DNA from: Balanoglossus misakiensis
Taxonomy: Eukaryota > Animalia > Hemichordata
DNA length: 14,943 bases
Direction of reading: 5' to 3'
NCBI GenBank assembly: GCA_040954595.2
Contig: CM082585.2
Span: 11,730,820 to 11,745,762, forward strand
Shown: positions 11,241 to 14,943 of the stretch, in pieces
How the letters are laid out: every line of letters starts with the position of its first letter
How positions within the stretch are numbered: the stretch's first letter is position 1
Position numbers and translations under genes: made by a program
The notes under the pieces: generated by a model
What the model was told of the DNA's origin: nothing
Seen by the model: the letters and a program-made list of their open reading frames with translations, nothing else
Databases searched by the model: none

Positions 11241-14200
11241 TTTTGGAGTTTGCGAATTTTGAAAATTTGGCCATTTTTGAAAAAATCATGGGTTATAGCT
11301 CAGGAAAATCGTCAAAATCGACGATTTTTGGAGTTTGCGAATTTTGAAAATTTGGCCATTTTTTGAAAAAATCATGGGTTATAGCTCAGGAAAATCGTCA
11401 AAAATCGGACGATTTTTGGAGTTTGCGAATTTTGAAAATTTGGCCATTTTTTGAAAAAATCATGGGTTATAGCTCAGGAAAATCGTCAAAAATCGACGAT
11501 TTTTGGAGTTTGCGAATTTTGAAAATTTGGCCATTTTTTGAAAAATTCATGGGTTATAGCTCAGGAAAATCGTCAAAAATGGACGATTTTTGGAGTTTGC
11601 GAATTTTGAAAATTTGGCCATTTTTTGAAAAAATCATGGTTATAGCTCAGGAAAATCGTCAAAAACTGGACGATTTTTGGAGTTTGCGAATTTTGAAAAT
11701 TTGGCCATTTTTTGAAAAAATCATGGGTTATAGCTCAGGAAAATCGTCAAAAACGGACGATTTTTGGAGTTTGCGAATTTGAAAATTTGGCCATTTTTTG
11801 AAAAAATCATGGGTTATAGCTCAGGAAAATCGTCAAAAATGGACGATTTTTGGAGTTTGCGAATTTTGAAAATTTGGCCATTTTTTGAAAAAATCATGGG
11901 TTATAGCTCAGGAAAATCGTCAAAAATGGACGATTTTTGGAGTTTGCGAATTTTGAAAATTTGGCCATTTTTTGAAAAAATCATGGGTTATAGCTCAGGA
12001 AAATCGTCAAAAATGGACGATTTTTGGAGTTTGCGAATTTTGAAAATTTGGCCATTTTTGAAAAAATCATGGGTTATAGCTCAGGAAAATCGTCAAAAAA
12101 TGGACGATTTTTGGAGTTTGCGAATTTTGAAAAATTTGGCCATTTTTTGAAAAATCATGGGTTATAGCTCAGGAAAATCGTCAAAAATCGACGATTTTTG
12201 GAGTTTGCGAATTTTGAAAATTTGGCCATTTTTTGAAAAAATCATGGGTTATAGCTCAGGAAAATCGTCAAAAATCGACGATTTTTGGAGTTTGCGAATT
12301 TTGAAAATTTGGCCATTTTTTGAAAAAATCATGGGTTATAGCTCAGGAAAATCGTCAAAAATCGACGATTTTTGGAGTTTGCGAATTTTGAAAATTTGGC
12401 CCATTTTTTGAAAAAATCATGGGTTATAGCTCAGGAAAATCGTCAAAAATCGACGATTTTTGGAGTTTGCGAATTTTGAAAATTTGGCCATTTTTTGAAA
12501 AAATCATGGGTTATAGCTCAGGAAAATCGTCAAAAATCGACGATTTTTGGAGTTTGCGAATTTTGAAAATTTGGCCATTTTTTGAAAAAAATCATGGGTT
12601 ATAGCTCAGGAAAATCGTCAAAAATCGACGATTTTTGGAGTTTGCGAATTTTGAAAATTTGGCCATTTTTTGAAAAAATCATGGGTTATAGCTCAGGAAA
12701 ATCGTCAAAAATGGACGATTTTTGGAGTTTGCGAATTTTGAAAATTTGGCCATTTTTTGAAAAAATCATGGGTTATAGCTCAGGAAAATCGTCAAAAATC
12801 GACGATTTTTGGAGTTTGCGAATTTTGAAAATTTGGCCATTTTTTGAAAAAATCATGGGTTATAGTCAGGAAAATCGTCAAAAATCGACGATTTTTGGAG
12901 TTTGCGAATTTTGAAAATTTGGCCATTTTTTGAAAAAATCATGGGTTATAGCTCAGGAAAATCGTCAAAAATCGACGATTTTTGGAGTTTGCGAATTTTG
13001 AAAATTTGGCCATTTTTTGAAAAAATCATGGGTTATAGCTCAGGAAAATCGTCAAAAATCGACGATTTTTGGAGTTTGCGAATTTTGAAAATTTGGCCAT
13101 TTTTTGAAAAAATCATGGGTTATAGCTCAGGAAAATCGTCAAAATCGGACGATTTTTGGAGTTTGCGAATTTTGAAAATTTGGCCATTTTTTGAAAAAAT
13201 CATGGGTTATAGCTCAGGAAAATCGTCAAAAATGGACGATTTTTGGAGTTTGCGAATTTTGAAAATTTGGCCATTTTTTGAAAAAATCATGGGTTATAGC
13301 TCAGGAAAATCGTCAAAAATGGACGATTTTTGGAGTTTGCGAATTTTGAAAATTTGGCCATTTTTTGAAAAAATCATGGGTTATAGCTCAGGAAAATCGT
13401 CAAAAATGGACGATTTTTGGAGTTTGCGAATTTTGAAAATTTGGCCATTTTTTGAAAAAAATCATGGGTTATAGCTCAGGAAAATCGTCAAAAATGGACG
13501 ATTTTTGGAGTTTGCGAATTTTGAAAATTTGGCCATTTTTTGAAAAAATCATGGGTTATAGCTCAGGAAAATCGTCAAAAATGGACGATTTTTGGAGTTT
13601 GCGAATTTTGAAAATTTGGCCATTTTTGAAAAAATCATGGGTTATAGCTCAGGAAAATCGTCAAAAATGGACGATTTTTGGAGTTTGCGAATTTTGAAAA
13701 TTTAGCCATTTTTTGAAAAAATCATGGGTTATAGCTCAGGAAAATCGTCAAAAATCGACGATTTTTGGAGTTTGCGAATTTTGAAAATTTGGCCATTTTT
13801 TGAAAAAATCATGGGTTATAGCTCAGGAAAATCGTCAAAAATCGACGATTTTTGGAGTTTGCGAATTTTGAAATTTGGCCATTTTTTGAAAAAATCATGG
13901 GTTATAGCTCAGGAAAATCGTCAAAAATCGACGATTTTTGGAGTTTGCGAATTTTGAAAATTTGGCCATTTTTTGAAAAAATCATGGGTTATAGCTCAGG
14001 AAAATCGTCAAAAATCGACGATTTTTGGAGTTTGCGAATTTTGAAAATTTGGCCATTTTTTGAAAAAATCATGGGTTATAGCTCAGGAAAATCGTCAAAA
14101 ACGGACGATTTTTGGAGTTTGCGAATTTTGAAAATTTGGCCATTTTTTGAAAAAATCATGGGTTATAGCTCAGGAAAATCGTCAAAAATCGGACGATTTT

Positions 14201-14767
14201 TGGAGTTTGCGAATTTTGAAAAATTTGGCCATTTTTTGAAAAATCATGGGTTATAGCTCAGGAAAATCGTCAAAAATGGACGATTTTTGGAGTTTTGCGA
14301 ATTTTGAAAATTTGCCATTTTTTGAAAAAATCATGGGTTATAGCTCAGGAAAATCGTCAAAAATCGGACGATTTTTGGAGTTTGCGAATTTTGAAAATTT
14401 GGCCATTTTTTGAAAAAATCATGGGTTATAGCTCAGGAAAATCGTCAAAAATCGACGATTTTTGGAGTTTGCGAATTTTGAAAATTTGGCCATTTTTTGA
14501 AAAAATCATGGGTTATAGCTCAGGAAAATCGTCAAAAATCGACGATTTTTGGAGTTTGCGAATTTTGAAAATTTGGCCATTTTTTGAAAAAATCATGGGT
14601 TATAGCTCAGGAAAATCGTCAAAAATCGACGATTTTTGGAGTTTGCGAATTTTGAAAATTTGGCCATTTTTTGAAAAAATCATGGGTTATAGCTCAGGAA
14701 AATCGTTCAAAATCGGACGATTTTTGGAGTTTGCGAATTTTGAAAATTTGGCCATTTTTTGAAAAAA

Positions 14768-14787
14768 CTCTCACGAGATGTGTATCT
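14768..14787 (+). other. Probable sequencing-library remnant: reverse complement of PacBio barcode bc1003 followed by the first bases of the SMRTbell adapter
   Basis: CTCTCACGAGATGTGT (14768-14783) is the reverse complement of ACACATCTCGTGAGAG, which I recall as bc1003. It is followed by ATCT, the start of the adapter ATCTCTCTC. It replaces the expected TCATGGGTTATAGC of the monomer, about 160 bp from the window end. Barcode identity is from memory, not a search. Confidence 0.85.
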
Positions 14788-14943
14788 GTCAGGAAAATCG
14801 TCAAAATCGACGAATTTTGGAGTTTTGCGAATTTTGAAAATTTGGCCATTTTTGAAAAATCATGGGTATAGCTCAGGAAAATCGTCAAAAACGGACGATT
14901 TTTGGAGTTTGCGAATTTTGAAATTTGGCCATTTTTTGAAAAC

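Larger units (their letters stand above)
8115..14943 (-). repeat. 87-bp tandem satellite array, right arm (about 78 monomers, reverse-complement orientation; runs to the window end)
   Basis: The unit AGGAAAATCGTCAAAAATCGACGATTTTTGGAGTTTGCGAATTTTGAAAATTTGGCCATTTTTTGAAAAAATCATGGGTTATAGCTC is the exact reverse complement of the left-arm monomer. The ORF track shows the same 29-aa repeat switching strand here. Confidence 0.99.

Noticed and set aside
14776-14790. AGATGTGTAT resembling the Tn5 mosaic end
   Set aside because: Only 10 of 19 bp match; the 20-nt barcode-plus-adapter explanation covers the segment better.
22-14888. Dozens of ORFs encoding 29-aa repeats (MGYSSGKSSKIDDFWSLRILKIWPFFEK(I/T) and MAKFSKFANSKNRRFLTIFLSYNPWFFQK)
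   Set aside because: 87 bp is divisible by 3, so any stop-free frame repeats indefinitely. The ORFs overlap on both strands, are broken by frequent 1-bp indels, have no unique N- or C-terminal domain, and one frame opens or closes simply with the TGA/TGG polymorphism.
1-14943. CRISPR array or repeat-spacer system
   Set aside because: Units are near-identical along their full length, with no unique spacers, leader or cas genes.
1-14943. Promoter-like TATAAC and terminator-like hairpin plus T-tract motifs in each monomer
   Set aside because: These are expected in AT-rich repeats, and there is no gene context to support function.
1-14943. Foldback-type transposon with modular inverted arms
   Set aside because: No termini, target-site duplication or internal unique region are visible; the arms diverge inward-to-outward with different variants and run to the window ends, so it cannot be supported here.

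Overview
The whole 14,943-bp window is one AT-rich (about 32-33% GC) 87-bp tandem repeat (satellite DNA), roughly 172 copies, consensus GAGCTATAACCCATG(A/G)TTTTTTCAAAAAATGGCCAAATTTTCAAAATTCGCAAACTCCAAAAATCGTCGATTTTTGACGATTTTCCT. The array switches orientation once, at 8115-8119. About 93 copies run forward and about 78 run in reverse complement, so the window is a giant imperfect palindrome with an 18-nt asymmetric centre and a 5-bp microhomology junction. The two arms carry different variant sets, so they are not mirror copies, and each shows traces of multi-monomer duplication (20-mer left, 12-mer right). All listed ORFs follow from the monomer being 87 bp = 29 codons; I support no genes, RNA genes, CRISPR array or mobile element. 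The only non-satellite sequence (14768-14787) matches, from memory, a PacBio bc1003 barcode plus adapter start, i.e. a library artefact. The organism cannot be determined from this window, though a eukaryotic satellite is most likely. I found no evidence of a novel coding system; the inversion junction is the most interesting structure.
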